Shown here one piece after another: positions 20,104 to 34,259 of a stretch of 64,000 bases of DNA (the stretch's first letter is position 1; each line of letters opens with the position of its first letter). The notes under the pieces were generated by a model. That model worked only from the letters and a program-made list of their open reading frames with translations, ran no database searches and was not told the DNA's origin. The stretch is from an uncultured Methylomirabilota bacterium (GTDB lineage: Bacteria > Methylomirabilota > Methylomirabilia > Methylomirabilales > 2-02-FULL-66-22). The stretch covers positions 1,408,001 through 1,472,000 of the forward strand of contig OY970067.1 in assembly GCA_963705305.1 (NCBI GenBank), read 5' to 3'. A program made the position numbers and the translations under genes.

Positions 20104-20326
20104 GGGCTGGGGGTGCCGCCACGAGCCCGCAGGCCCTCTGGCCGTCCGAGAGGCGGCAGATTATAGCGCAATGCGACGCTCTCGGGATACCCCTCAATCG
20201 GCGATCCGCGGGTCGCAGCCCCTCGACCTTGACCCTGTCGAAGCGCGAGCGTAGATTGAGACGTTGACTGCGGCATGCAGTCCGATTCGGACCACGCCTG
20301 TACCGTCCCAGAAGAAGGAGTGAGCC

Positions 20327-20626
20327 GTGGCCAAGAAGCTGCTGGACCCGATTCCACCGGGCGAGATCCTGCTCGAGGAATTCATGAAGCCCCTGCGCAT
20401 CAGCACCAACAGGCTGGCCTGGGATGTCGACGTTCCGCCGAACCGGATCAGCGAGATCGTCGGCGGCAAGCGGGCGATCACGGCGGACACCGCCCTCCGG
20501 CTTGGCAAGTACTTCGGCGTGTCGCCCGAGGTGTGGCTCGACTTGCAGTCGGATTACGACCTCCGCGTGACCCAGCGCACCACCTGGCCCAAGATCGAGC
20601 CGCGGATCCGCGTCCGCGCTGCCTAA
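20327..20626 (+). CDS. higA: HigA family antitoxin (orphan)
   Basis: PIPPGEILLEEFMKP, NRISEIV, ITADTALRL and WLDLQSDYDL. Confidence 0.9.
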   Translation: MAKKLLDPIPPGEILLEEFMKPLRISTNRLAWDVDVPPNRISEIVGGKRAITADTALRLGKYFGVSPEVWLDLQSDYDLRVTQRTTWPKIEPRIRVRAA

Positions 20627-20889
20627 CCCTTAGAACCGCCAAGGGCTCCGGCTCTCCTGCCCTTTCGCCGGACGTTGTTTTACACGGTCCGACGAAGGAC
20701 CGCACGAACCCACGGGGCCGCAATCTGAATCCATCTAACGTGTCGGAAGTGGCAACATCCCTGATTACCGACGCGATCCCCAGCACCGGCGCCAACGATG
20801 CCTCGATGTTTCTGGCCTACCCGTCGCTCTCGGTGGCCTGCGGCGGCGGAGCGGAGCCGCCGCGGGGTCAGTTGGGAAGTTCGCTGGTT

Positions 20890-20906
20890 GTAACCTGTCA
20901 CGTTAC
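20890..20906 (+). promoter_or_regulatory. Palindromic operator upstream of higBA
   Basis: GTAAC-N7-GTTAC just before the higB start. Type II TA operons typically autoregulate through such sites. Confidence 0.5.
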
Positions 20907-20922
20907 GTGTTAACATGCCCCC

Positions 20923-21204
20923 GTGGCCATCCTGAGATTCAGGCACAAGGGCCTTGAACGCTTCTTCCTCCGTGGAGCGACTGCCGGCATCCAGGCCAAG
21001 CACGCCCAACGACTCCGCCTGATCCTGGGTCGACTGAATGTCGCGAAAGAGCCTCGGGACATGGGCCTGCCGGGGCTGCGCCTCCATCCACTCAAGGGCA
21101 AGCGGAAAGAGACCTGGGCCGTGAGCGTGAGCGGAAGCTGGCGGGTCACATTCGTTTTCTTAGGGCCGGATATCGTCGACGTAGATTACGAGGATTATCA
21201 CTGA
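20923..21204 (+). CDS. higB: HigB/RelE-like toxin (plasmid maintenance killer family)
   Basis: FRHKGLERFF, LHPLKG, WAVSVSGSWRVTF and DYEDYH terminus. Confidence 0.92.
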   Translation: MAILRFRHKGLERFFLRGATAGIQAKHAQRLRLILGRLNVAKEPRDMGLPGLRLHPLKGKRKETWAVSVSGSWRVTFVFLGPDIVDVDYEDYH

Positions 21205-21213
21205 GGTGTCCCC

Positions 21214-21585
21214 ATGAAGATGCACAATCCTCCTCATCCGGGCGAGGTCCTTCGGGAGCTCTGTTTCGAACCCCTTGGTCTGACCATCACGGAGGCTGCC
21301 AGCGCTCTCGGGGTCAGCCGCAAGACTCTATCGAGCATTCTGAACTGTCGTGCCGGCATCAGCCCGGAGATGGCCGTCCGCCTGTCGATCGCCTTCGGCA
21401 CCACTGCCGAAAGCTGGCTCGGCCAGCAGCTCCAGTACGATCTGGCGAAGGCAGAGGCGAGGCGACGGTTGCTGCGCGTCAAGAAGCTCGCGGCTGCCCG
21501 ACTCCGCTTCGGTAATGCGGGACATCGCCCAGAACGACGAGCCCTGCGTCCCTCCCACTCCGCCATGCCGTGGCGGCCCGCATAG
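21214..21585 (+). CDS. higA: HigA antitoxin
   Basis: [29 protein letters not shown] and AESWL. Directly downstream of the toxin. Confidence 0.9.
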   Translation: MKMHNPPHPGEVLRELCFEPLGLTITEAASALGVSRKTLSSILNCRAGISPEMAVRLSIAFGTTAESWLGQQLQYDLAKAEARRRLLRVKKLAAARLRFGNAGHRPERRALRPSHSAMPWRPA

Positions 21586-21613
21586 CGGCGCCGCCTCGCG
21601 CACCGACCCCACA

Positions 21614-25285
<3,672 letters not shown>

Positions 25286-25316
25286 ACGTCTCCTTGACGG
25301 CAGTCGCCGCCGGAAT

Positions 25317-26855
25317 TCATCCCAGGCCCGCGGTGCGGCGGGCGGGCCGTCCCACGGCTGTGAGGAACATGACGCTCTTCCCGGCGGCGTGAGGCGAGAA
25401 GAATTCCGTCACCTCGTCGTCGTAGAACGTGAGGCCGGTGGCGCCCAGCCGCTCCGCGTAGGCCGTGAGATAGATCTTCCCGCCCAGGATGCCGCCTTCC
25501 AGCTGGGCCGCCCGGTAGCCGCGGTTGCCAAAGCGGGCCAAAATAGGCGGAAGGTGCGCCAGGCAATAGATATTAACCGCGGCCTGGGCGGGCAACTCCT
25601 GCTCCAAGCCGAGGTAGCCCGCCTCCCGGCGGAAGAGCCCTTCGCGCAAAAGCTCCAGGGCCCGCTCGCGCCGATGGTAAACGTAGGTGCCGGGCGCCAA
25701 GCCCTCCACGGCGTTCGCGATCAGGTAGAGAGAGTTCAGCGTCGTCCCCGGGGGCTCCAGAAAGTCGGCGGGGATCCCTCGGCTGGCCCGGTCCAGGATG
25801 GTCGAGAGCTCTTCGAAGTGGATCGGCCGGGCGGCGAAGCGCCGCGTCGAGCCCCGCCGCAGGATGACGTCGGTCAGGGAGTCGGCTGGCGCCTGTGCCT
25901 CGGCCGAGGGCCGGAGGGGCAGCACGGGGCCGGCAGGCGTGGGGATTTCTTCGGCGGGCGCGCCGCCGTGCCAGGCGGCCGCCTCCTCCCCGGTGACCAG
26001 ACAGGAGGCTGCGTGCATGGCCCGGACGGCCGGATAGTCCACCTCACGGCGGGAGAGCCGGGCGGTGGAGAGGTAAAGGGGCGCCACGGGGGGCGACGCT
26101 TCCGCCGCGGTCCCGCCGGCCCCGACGGGCACCAGGGCCAGGCCCACCTCGCGCTCCGTGTCCAGGTCGAGGAGGGCGTTCACGGCCTCGTCCACGAAGC
26201 CCAGAACGACCCGCGCCGGAAGATGCTGGGCAACTGCGGCGGCCAGCAGGTTGGCCAGGATGGTTCCGGAATCCCAGAAGGCGTGCCGGTAGGCGCGGGC
26301 CTGATACTTCCAGGCATTCCGCCAGAACGTCGTGGTGCAGGCCAGGATCGCCGGCGCTCGGGCGACGGCGGGCTCCTGTCCTGAGGCCTGGACCAGCCTT
26401 GACCGGAAGTCGCCGGCGCGCAGGCGGCGCAAGGCGAAGTCGTGGACGCCGAAATGGTACACGCCGGCGGGAAGCCCTGGGAGGTCCCCGCAGACGAGGT
26501 ACAGCTCGATGTGATAGAGGGCGCCGGTGCAGGAGGCGGCGCGGAACCCGATCTCCCAGCCGGGGCCCCGCCGCACCCGCGTGATCCCCGCAGCGAGATG
26601 GAGGAGGCGGGCCAAAGCCGAAAGGTCGGGTGCCGCCGCCGGCCCCGCGGGACCGGTAGCGGCCACGACAGTCAGGGCTGGCACGGTTATCGGCCCCATA
26701 TCCCGGGGCAGGGGAATGGCCTCCAGATCCTCGTAGATCTTGAACGGCAGGGGCTGGTTCGAGAAATCCAGGACGTGGCTGCCGGAGCGCACGGTCTCGA
26801 AAGAGTGCTTGGTCCCGTCGTGGTAGGTCCAGGTCGCCCGTGTCTCGCGATTCAT
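25317..26855 (-). CDS. SagB/ThcOx family tandem nitroreductase-like dehydrogenase
   Basis: [33 protein letters not shown], a second domain RRGSTRRF and [10 protein letters not shown]. Confidence 0.88.
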   Translation of the reverse strand: MNRETRATWTYHDGTKHSFETVRSGSHVLDFSNQPLPFKIYEDLEAIPLPRDMGPITVPALTVVAATGPAGPAAAPDLSALARLLHLAAGITRVRRGPGWEIGFRAASCTGALYHIELYLVCGDLPGLPAGVYHFGVHDFALRRLRAGDFRSRLVQASGQEPAVARAPAILACTTTFWRNAWKYQARAYRHAFWDSGTILANLLAAAVAQHLPARVVLGFVDEAVNALLDLDTEREVGLALVPVGAGGTAAEASPPVAPLYLSTARLSRREVDYPAVRAMHAASCLVTGEEAAAWHGGAPAEEIPTPAGPVLPLRPSAEAQAPADSLTDVILRRGSTRRFAARPIHFEELSTILDRASRGIPADFLEPPGTTLNSLYLIANAVEGLAPGTYVYHRRERALELLREGLFRREAGYLGLEQELPAQAAVNIYCLAHLPPILARFGNRGYRAAQLEGGILGGKIYLTAYAERLGATGLTFYDDEVTEFFSPHAAGKSVMFLTAVGRPARRTAGLG

Positions 26856-27042
26856 AGTCATGGTCCCGGCTCGCAGCCGCGGCAGCCGGAGGATCGTCCG
26901 GCATCTTCCGCATATCGCCGGTTGCCCCACCGGGTCTCCCCGGCCGGAGGTCGGTCAGCCGAGGCACACGAGCCTCGGGAGCACTCCGAAGCCGGCGCGG
27001 TTACGTCCGCACGATTTCGGACTCGGGACATCGCGGCCGGCC

Positions 27043-27528
27043 TCAATTGAAGCGGGCCAAAGTCTCGTGCAGAAGCTTCCGGGAATTCGGATCCTGAGGG
27101 GCGATCTGGACGGCCCCCTTGAACTCGCGGAGCGCCTCCATCCACTGGTGCCGCTGGAGATAGATGCGCCCGAGATTCAGGTAGGGATAATGTCTGGGCT
27201 CGTAGCGAGGGGCCCGCTTGGCCCTTTCCAGCCACGAAATGGCGCCGCCCAGGTCGCCTTGCTGCATCAGATACACGCCGATGTCGTTGTACGGATTGCC
27301 GAAGTCCGGGTCCACCGCGATGGCCTTGTAGCACTCGGCGATGGCCTCGTCCAGGCGGCCCTGAAAGCTATAGGTCCAGCCCAGGAAGGTGTGGGCCTCG
27401 GCCGTCGGGCACACCGCCAGGGACTCCTGGTACAGACGGACGGCCTCGTCGAGATCGCCGTTCATCTGGCGCTGGTAGGCCTGCTGCCACAACAGGGTGG
27501 CGCGCCGGAGCCGGTCGGCGTCAATCAC
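27043..27528 (-). CDS. Tetratricopeptide repeat protein
   Basis: AEAHTFLGWTYS, FGNPYNDIGVYL and YLNLGRIY TPR motifs. Confidence 0.88.
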   Translation of the reverse strand: MIDADRLRRATLLWQQAYQRQMNGDLDEAVRLYQESLAVCPTAEAHTFLGWTYSFQGRLDEAIAECYKAIAVDPDFGNPYNDIGVYLMQQGDLGGAISWLERAKRAPRYEPRHYPYLNLGRIYLQRHQWMEALREFKGAVQIAPQDPNSRKLLHETLARFN

Positions 27529-28045
27529 CGTTCCGCCTCCGGTCCTCGGTGCCGGCGGGAAGGAGCTGGTGCACCAGGCTGGACTCGCGCTTGTAGAAGC
27601 CCTCGGTGTGGAAGGAGTCGCGAAGCCCCAGCAGCTCGTAGTCCAGGTGGTGGCAGAGCTCGTGAATCAGCGTCCGAAAGAATGTCCGGAAGCGTACCAC
27701 CTGATGACGCTGGGCCGTCCGCATCCAGACCGAGACGTGCGCCGCCGTCCCGCCATCCGCGGGCGTGTACAGGCCGTGCAGCTCGCCCCAGGTGCGGCTG
27801 GGCCGGGCCGCCTGGACCTGGACCCGCAGCGGAGAGACTCCCAGATCGGCAGCCAGTGCCGCCAGCAGCCGGTTGGCCGCCTCCTGCGTCCCCCGCCGGT
27901 CCTCCGCACTCAAAGCCTGTTCCAGCACGTGGACCTGGGCGTGCAGCGCTGCCGGCCGGGAAAGCCGGACGGCCGCGATCTCGTCGCTCTGCCGGTAGAT
28001 TCGCTGCTGCGCCCTGGTCAGCCGCCGGTAATAGGAAAAAGGCAC
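27521..28045 (-). CDS. Hypothetical protein with HExxH zinc-metallopeptidase (SprT-like) motif
   Basis: TLIHELCHHLD...SFHTEGF. Overlaps the TPR gene start. Confidence 0.75.
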   Translation of the reverse strand: MPFSYYRRLTRAQQRIYRQSDEIAAVRLSRPAALHAQVHVLEQALSAEDRRGTQEAANRLLAALAADLGVSPLRVQVQAARPSRTWGELHGLYTPADGGTAAHVSVWMRTAQRHQVVRFRTFFRTLIHELCHHLDYELLGLRDSFHTEGFYKRESSLVHQLLPAGTEDRRRNGD

Positions 28046-28157
28046 GCTCCCTCTCCCGATCCCTATGCGGGGCCACCACAGCCTGACACTATCAGGGCAA
28101 GTAGGTACCCGCAAGGGGGAGAGGAGGTATGGGCGAGGGGGGGGTCCGGCGAGGCGG

Positions 28158-28188
28158 GCGTAAGGAGAATAAAGAAGCAACGTCCCCC
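28158..28188 (-). repeat. Solo RAYT-end-like 31-bp repeat
   Basis: Reverse complement GGGGGACGTTGCTTCTTTATTCTCCTTACGC is 30/31 identical to 34609-34639. Confidence 0.85.
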
Positions 28189-28195
28189 TTCCGAC

Positions 28196-28585
28196 TCAGC
28201 AGGGTGGGAGGGACTTTGGCCAGGCCAGGATCGCCCGAATGACCTCCCGCACATATGCGCACTCGCACCGGGCGGGGCAAGGGCGCAGGTCGTCTTTGGC
28301 GAGGCAGTACCCGGGACATTCTGCCGTTCCGGTCAGACGGGTGGCGAAACGGGGACCCTGATACAGGGTGGTGAACGCCGCTCCGGGAAGGGACAGGGTG
28401 GTCCCGCACGACCTGACCTCATGATTGAACAGAAACTGCCCGGCATCCAGCTCGTAGAAATTTGCCATGTAGCCCACCAGGCGCACGGCGGGATCAGCCA
28501 GGAACTCGTCCTGTTGGGCCCAGTGGTGGCCACACAGCGGGCACTTCTTAAAGGTGGAGGGTACCGCCTCGCCTGCTCGATCCAT
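28196..28585 (-). CDS. Cys-rich hypothetical protein (8 Cys, putative metal-binding)
   Basis: CPLC, SCGTT, CPGYC and CPARCEC. GGAG SD. Upstream TTGACA-N17-TAGCGT. Confidence 0.75.
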   Translation of the reverse strand: MDRAGEAVPSTFKKCPLCGHHWAQQDEFLADPAVRLVGYMANFYELDAGQFLFNHEVRSCGTTLSLPGAAFTTLYQGPRFATRLTGTAECPGYCLAKDDLRPCPARCECAYVREVIRAILAWPKSLPPC

Positions 28586-28676
28586 GCCAGAACGTCTCCA
28601 AGGAGCGATTACCGGTCTCCGCCGGCCGTAACCCGTGCCTTCACCTCGTCGATGTCATGGCGCGGCCGGTCGGGGA

Positions 28677-28762
28677 ACGCTAAATCCTTAGGTGCCTTGT
28701 GTCAATCCTTCCCCTACTCGAATGGGCCGAGTTTGACAGGCATCTGCTTAGGGCCGTATCGT
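28677..28762. promoter_or_regulatory. Divergent sigma-70-like promoters
   Basis: Minus strand: TTGACA-N17-TAGCGT (28705-28677). Plus strand: TTGACA-N18-TATCGT (28733-28762). Confidence 0.45.
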
Positions 28763-28967
28763 GAAACTAGAACTCCCTACGCGTGGGAGCGGAGTGCCTC
28801 GTGGCCCCTGAAAACGGGCGGCGGGCCCCTCTGCTTTTGGGGCTGAAAGGCGAGGGGCTATCTATGTCTGGGGCACATGCACGACGCCATCGCCCGTCGG
28901 AAGCAGGGATTGGTATCCGCGTAGCTCGCACGGCATCCCCCGGACGGCAGAAGAGGAGAGGACGACG

Positions 28968-29729
28968 ATGGACTTCGCTGCGAGCACGGTCCTGATCACC
29001 GGCGGCGCGTCGGGCATCGGCCTCGGACTGGCCGAGCGGCTCCTCCAGGCGGGGGCTCAGGTGATTGTCTGCGGACGGCGGGAAGAGACGCTGCGGGCGG
29101 CCCAGGCCCGGCATCCGCGGCTGGCCATCCGGGCCTGCGACGTGGCCGAGGCCCGCGAGCGCGAAGAGCTGTTCCGCTGGGCCGTGGCGGCATTTCCGCG
29201 GCTCAACGTCCTCGTCAACAATGCCGGCATCCAGCGGCGGGTGCGGCTCACCGCGGCCGAGGAGTGGAACCGGGCGCGCCAGGAGATCGCCATCAATCTG
29301 GAGGCGCCGATCCACCTCGCCGCCCTCTTCATCCCCCACCTGCTTCAGCAGCCGCAGCCGGCCATCCTGAATGTGACCTCGGGCCTGGCCTTCGCCCCGT
29401 TGGCAGCCGTACCGATCTATTGTGCGACGAAGGCCGCCCTGCGATCCTTCACGCTCTCGCTCCGCCACCAGCTGGCCCAGACGCCGATCCAAGTCGTGGA
29501 GATCGTGCCGCCCGCCGTGAACACGGATCTGGGGGGACCCGGCCTGCATACCACCGGGGTGCCGGTCGAGGAATTTGTCGATGCGGTGATGGAGCGCCTG
29601 CGGGAAGGGGCCCTGGAGATCTCCTATGGTTTCTCGGCCCAGGCCGCCCATGCCTCCCGCGCAGAGCTGGACGCGATCTTCCAGCGCCTGAACCCGTCCG
29701 GTGCCGTGCCCGGATCGGGCCCCAGGTGA
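28968..29729 (+). CDS. SDR oxidoreductase (DltE-like)
   Basis: TGGASGIG, VNNAGIQ, YCATK and VEIVPPAVNT. Confidence 0.9.
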   Translation: MDFAASTVLITGGASGIGLGLAERLLQAGAQVIVCGRREETLRAAQARHPRLAIRACDVAEAREREELFRWAVAAFPRLNVLVNNAGIQRRVRLTAAEEWNRARQEIAINLEAPIHLAALFIPHLLQQPQPAILNVTSGLAFAPLAAVPIYCATKAALRSFTLSLRHQLAQTPIQVVEIVPPAVNTDLGGPGLHTTGVPVEEFVDAVMERLREGALEISYGFSAQAAHASRAELDAIFQRLNPSGAVPGSGPR

Positions 29730-29832
29730 GGGGCTGTTCCCGCCCCTCCTCGTCTCCGCCCCCCACGACTTTCCTTTGAGGCACTGAGGGCATAGGCGCG
29801 CCTCTGCCCCCGCCGGCGAGGGGAAGCGGCGG

Positions 29833-32800
29833 CTACCCGGCGCGGAAGAGGGAGGTGCGGTTCAGCACCCCCTCCTGAAATCGCTCCAGGTACAGGTAGA
29901 TCACCGGCGTGATGTACAGGGTGATGAACTGGGACACCACCAGGCCGCCGACCACGACCAGCCCGAGCGGGCGGCGCGAGGCCCCGTCGACGCCGTACCC
30001 GACCGCGAGGGGGATCGCCCCCATGACGGCGGCCAGGGTGGTCATGATGATGGGCCGGAAGCGATCCAGGCTGGCGTCGTGGATGGCCTCCTCGGCCGAT
30101 TTGCCGGTCGCCACCCGCTGAATGGCGAAGTCCACGATCATGATCCCATTCTTCTTCACGATCCCCATCAGCATGAACATACCGACAAACGCGTACAGAG
30201 AGGCCTGCTCGCCGAACAGGTACAGCGTCAGGAGGCCCCCCACGAGCGCGGTGGGGAGGGTCGAGAGCACGGTGAGCGGATGCAGGTAGCTTTCATAGAG
30301 GATGGCCAGGATCACGTACATGACGAACACGGCCAGGGCCATCAGGAAGGTCAGGTTGCGGACCGTGTCGGCAAACGTCAGGGCCTCGCCTTGGAAGCCC
30401 GCACGCACGGACGGCGGGACAACCTCTGCCGCGGCCTTGCGGATGAACTCGCTGGCGTCGCCGATGGCCACCCCGGGCTTGAGGTTGAAGAAGAGCGTGA
30501 CGCTGGTGAACTGATTCAGGTGGTTCACCGCCTGGGGACCCAGCGAGGGCCTCCAGGTGACCAGGGCGCGCAGCGGCACCAGCCGCTTGCCGTCGTCGGA
30601 CTTGATGTAGAGGCGCGACAGGTCCTCGGGCTTCGAGCGGGCGACGTCCTCGACCTCCAGGATGACCTGGTACTGGTCCTCGGGCTTCTTGATCAGGTAC
30701 AGGTAGTTTTCGGCGTAGGCGTTGCGCAGCAGCGCCAGGATGCGCGTTTCGGAGACCCCGTATATGCGGGCCTGCTCGCGCTGGATGTCGATGTCCAGGT
30801 TGGGGGTGTGGTCGAAAAGGTCCGAGGAGAGAGTCGCAAAGCCCGGGTACGCCCGCAACTTGCCCATGAGCCGCGCGGCCACGTCGTACACCTGAGCGGG
30901 GTTCGCCCCGGAGACGGCATAGGCGTACTGTCCCTGGGTCTGCTGGGTCGCCCCCGTGCTGATCTCCAGGACCGGGAACGGCCGCAGGAACGGGAAGACA
31001 CCGGGGATGCCGGCCAGCCTCCCCATCAGCCGGCCCGCCACGCCCTGGATCGGCGCGCGCTCTCCGGGCGGCTTGAGGAACAGGAGCAGGAGCCCCTGGT
31101 TGGAGGAGAGGAACTGGCTGTTCCCGGTCATGGTGAACGTGGCCCCGATAGCGGGGTCCTGCCGGAGCACGGCGTCGGCCCGGTCCTGCAGGCCTCGCAT
31201 CTGCTCGGCCGACGAGCCCTCCTGGCCGATCATGACGCCCCAGATGAAGCTGCTGTCGCCCACCGGCAGGAAAGTCCGGGGGATGATCAGGAAGAGCCCG
31301 ATCGTGCCGGCCAGGCAGGCCCCCCAGATCAGCAGGGAGATCCACCGGTGTCGCAGGAACCACCAGAGGGACGCGCCGTAGCCCGACAGCACCCGCCTCT
31401 CGATCCCGCCGATCACCCGCTCCACCCAGGTCCGCTTGACTCCCGGGCCCCGACCCTTGAGGAGCCGCGCGCACATGAGCGGCGTGAGGGTGAGGGACAC
31501 CAAGCCCGACGCTAAGATCGCAACCACAATGGTGACGGCGAACTCGCGGAAGATGCGGCCGACCAGCCCGGGCATGAAGACCAGGGGGATGAACACGGCC
31601 GCCAGGGAGATGGTCATGGAGAGGATGGTGAAGCTGATCTCTTGCGTGCTGTTGAGGGCAGCCTCCATCGGCCCCTCTCCGTGCTCCATGCGGCGCACCG
31701 TGTTCTCCAGGAACACGATCGCGTCGTCCACCAGGAACCCGATCGCCAGGACGAGCGCCATCAGCGATAAGTTGTCGAGGCTGTACCCCAGGAGCCCCAT
31801 GGCCACAAAGGTGAGGAGCAGCGACAGGGGCAGGGCCACGGCCGGGATCAGGGTGTCCGTGGCTCGCCCCAGGAACAGGAAGATGACCGCCACTACCAGG
31901 ACAAAGGCGATGAGGAGCGTGGTCTGCACGTCCTGGACGGAGTTCACGATGGTTTGGGAGCGGTCGTAGATCAGCGTGATCCGCACCGATCCGGGAAGCT
32001 CGGATCGGATGAGGGGCAGGAGACCCCGGATACGCTTCGCCACCTCCACCGCGTTGGAGCCCGCCTGGCGGTTGACGGCCACGATGACGGTGGCCGTGGG
32101 CACGGAGTAGCCGCGGGCCCAGAACCGCATGGTGATGCGCTCGTCCTGCACCGAGTCGCGGGCCCGGGCCACGTCGCGCAGGTACACCGGCGCGCCGTCC
32201 TTGCTGGCGACGATCAGGTCGTTGTACCCCTGGGCGCGCTCCAGTTGGCCCAGGGGGCGGAGCAGCAGCGTGCCCTCCGCCGAGTCGAACTGCCCCGCGC
32301 CGACGGTGCTGGTGCCGTTCTGGACCGCCTGGGTGAGGTCGTCCACGGAGATGCCGCGCGCCCACATGGCGGCCGGATCGGCCTTGATCCGGATGGCGGA
32401 CTTGGTGCCGTAGACGTTCACGCGACTCACGCCCGGCAGGATGCTGATCCGCTGCCCCATCTGGGTGCTGGCATAGTCGTAGAGCTGCCCCGGCGTGACC
32501 GAGTCGCTGGTCAGGGCGATGTAGATGATGGGCTGGTCGTTGGGGTTGGTCTTAGAAAAGGTCGGCGGCGACGGCAGGTCGACGGGAAGGCTGCCGGTGG
32601 CCTGCGAGATGGCTGTCTGCACGTCCGTGGCGGCGGCGTCGATGCTCTTGTCCAGCGCGAACTGCAGAATAAGGCTCACGTACCCCTGGGTGCTCTTGGA
32701 GGTGATCAGCTCCAGGCCGTTGATCTGCATGAACTGCCGCTCGAGCGGGGTGGCAATGCTGTTCGCCACCGTCTCGGGACTGGCGCCCGGGTAGCTGGCC

Positions 32801-32943
32801 TGGACCTGGATGACGGGATAGTCCACGGCCGGCAGGTCGTTCACGGGGAGCTGCCGGTAGCTGAGCACGCCGAAGAGGATCACCGAGACGGTCAGGACCG
32901 CCGTCATGACCGGGCGGCGGATGAAGCGCTCGGAAAAGTTCAT
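29833..32943 (-). CDS. RND efflux permease (AcrB/MdtBC family)
   Basis: FIRRPV, GFLVDDAIV, GIVKKNGIMIVDF and RFRPIIMTT. 1036 aa. Confidence 0.95.
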   Translation of the reverse strand: MNFSERFIRRPVMTAVLTVSVILFGVLSYRQLPVNDLPAVDYPVIQVQASYPGASPETVANSIATPLERQFMQINGLELITSKSTQGYVSLILQFALDKSIDAAATDVQTAISQATGSLPVDLPSPPTFSKTNPNDQPIIYIALTSDSVTPGQLYDYASTQMGQRISILPGVSRVNVYGTKSAIRIKADPAAMWARGISVDDLTQAVQNGTSTVGAGQFDSAEGTLLLRPLGQLERAQGYNDLIVASKDGAPVYLRDVARARDSVQDERITMRFWARGYSVPTATVIVAVNRQAGSNAVEVAKRIRGLLPLIRSELPGSVRITLIYDRSQTIVNSVQDVQTTLLIAFVLVVAVIFLFLGRATDTLIPAVALPLSLLLTFVAMGLLGYSLDNLSLMALVLAIGFLVDDAIVFLENTVRRMEHGEGPMEAALNSTQEISFTILSMTISLAAVFIPLVFMPGLVGRIFREFAVTIVVAILASGLVSLTLTPLMCARLLKGRGPGVKRTWVERVIGGIERRVLSGYGASLWWFLRHRWISLLIWGACLAGTIGLFLIIPRTFLPVGDSSFIWGVMIGQEGSSAEQMRGLQDRADAVLRQDPAIGATFTMTGNSQFLSSNQGLLLLFLKPPGERAPIQGVAGRLMGRLAGIPGVFPFLRPFPVLEISTGATQQTQGQYAYAVSGANPAQVYDVAARLMGKLRAYPGFATLSSDLFDHTPNLDIDIQREQARIYGVSETRILALLRNAYAENYLYLIKKPEDQYQVILEVEDVARSKPEDLSRLYIKSDDGKRLVPLRALVTWRPSLGPQAVNHLNQFTSVTLFFNLKPGVAIGDASEFIRKAAAEVVPPSVRAGFQGEALTFADTVRNLTFLMALAVFVMYVILAILYESYLHPLTVLSTLPTALVGGLLTLYLFGEQASLYAFVGMFMLMGIVKKNGIMIVDFAIQRVATGKSAEEAIHDASLDRFRPIIMTTLAAVMGAIPLAVGYGVDGASRRPLGLVVVGGLVVSQFITLYITPVIYLYLERFQEGVLNRTSLFRAG

Positions 32944-34259
32944 GACTTGGCCCCCGGCGGTGTGCCGGGCGGCCCCGCGGCGGGCGCAGGCTCCTCGATG
33001 CGGACCTTGCCGCCCGGGGTCACCCCCAACTGCCCGGCGACGACCACCCGTTCGCCCGGCGCCAGCCCCTGGTCCACCACCACCAGGTCCCCCTGCTGCT
33101 GCGCCAGCGTCACCGGACGCAGCTCGGCGGTGAGGTCGTTTTTCACGACGTAGACGAAGGGGCCCTTGGCCGACAGCTGCGGGGCGGCGGCCGGCACCAG
33201 CACGGCGCCCTGCCGCACGCGCAGGATGAGGCGAATCTTGACGAAGCGGCCCGGCCAGAAGCGGTGATCGGCGTTTCCGATGGTGGCCCGCAGCTTGATC
33301 GTGCCGGTGGCATCCTGGACGGCGTTATCCAGGAAGGTGAGGTTTCCGGGACGCGGCTCTCCGGGCCCATCGGGCAGACGCACCTCCGCGCGCAGCGTGC
33401 CCTGCGCCATGTGCTGCTGCACGGCGCTGAGGTCGCCCTCCGTGACGGTGAAGTCGGCGTAGATCGGGTCCAGTCGCTGGATGGTCAGGAGCGTGCTGCT
33501 GTTCGCGGTCACCACGTTCCCCACGTCGACGAGCCGCTCCCCGGCACGGCCGGCGATGGGCGCGCGGATGTTGGTGTAGCCCAGTTGAATCCGCGCGGTC
33601 TCTACGACGGCCTGATCGGCCTGAATGGCCGCCTTGGCGTTCTCCAACGAGGCCTCGGCGAGGGCAATCGCGGCCTTGGCATTCGTGACCGCCGCCTGGT
33701 CGGCCCGGACGGTCGCCTCCGCCGCCAGCGCCGCGGTGTGGACCTGGTCGTACTGCTCTCTCGAGATGGCCCCCTCATCCACCAGTTGCTTGTAGCGGCG
33801 GGCCTGCACATTGGCGTTCTCGAGCTGGGCCATGTCGCGCGCCAGGTTGGCCTCGGCCTGCACCTCCGCGGCGCGGCTCTGCGCCAGCGCCGCCTCGGCC
33901 TGCCGGAGCTGGGCCGTGTCCCGTCCCAGGTTCGCCTCGGCCTGGCGCAGCGCCGCCTCGAATGGCCGCTGGTCGATGGTGAAGAGCGGGTCGCCTGCCT
34001 TCAGGTCGACCCCGTCGCGGAAGTGGATGGCCGTGATGGGCCCGGAGACCTGAGGCTGGACCGAAACCGCCTCGGACGCGACGGTCTTGCCGACCTCGTC
34101 CAGGTAGACGGGCACGTCCTGCGCCACCGCCGTCGCGACGGCGACGGGCGCCGGCGGCCGGTCGAACGCCTGCGGGGGCGTCTGCTCGCACCCGGCGGCC
34201 AGGGCCAGGCAGGCGACTCCCGCCAGCAACCGGGTTGCGGCCATGCGACTCATATTCAT
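32940..34259 (-). CDS. RND periplasmic adaptor (membrane fusion) lipoprotein
   Basis: AAGC lipobox, long coiled-coil hairpin, IRAPIAG and LDNAVQDATGTI. 4-bp overlap with the permease. Confidence 0.92.
   Translation of the reverse strand: MNMSRMAATRLLAGVACLALAAGCEQTPPQAFDRPPAPVAVATAVAQDVPVYLDEVGKTVASEAVSVQPQVSGPITAIHFRDGVDLKAGDPLFTIDQRPFEAALRQAEANLGRDTAQLRQAEAALAQSRAAEVQAEANLARDMAQLENANVQARRYKQLVDEGAISREQYDQVHTAALAAEATVRADQAAVTNAKAAIALAEASLENAKAAIQADQAVVETARIQLGYTNIRAPIAGRAGERLVDVGNVVTANSSTLLTIQRLDPIYADFTVTEGDLSAVQQHMAQGTLRAEVRLPDGPGEPRPGNLTFLDNAVQDATGTIKLRATIGNADHRFWPGRFVKIRLILRVRQGAVLVPAAAPQLSAKGPFVYVVKNDLTAELRPVTLAQQQGDLVVVDQGLAPGERVVVAGQLGVTPGGKVRIEEPAPAAGPPGTPPGAKS

Noticed and set aside
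21496..21585. C-terminal extension of the second HigA
   Set aside because: It is a low-information tail, probably a lost stop codon, with no domain signal.
25317..26855. SagB-type enzyme as part of a RiPP (azole peptide) cluster
   Set aside because: No YcaO, E1-like partner or precursor peptide is visible in the window.
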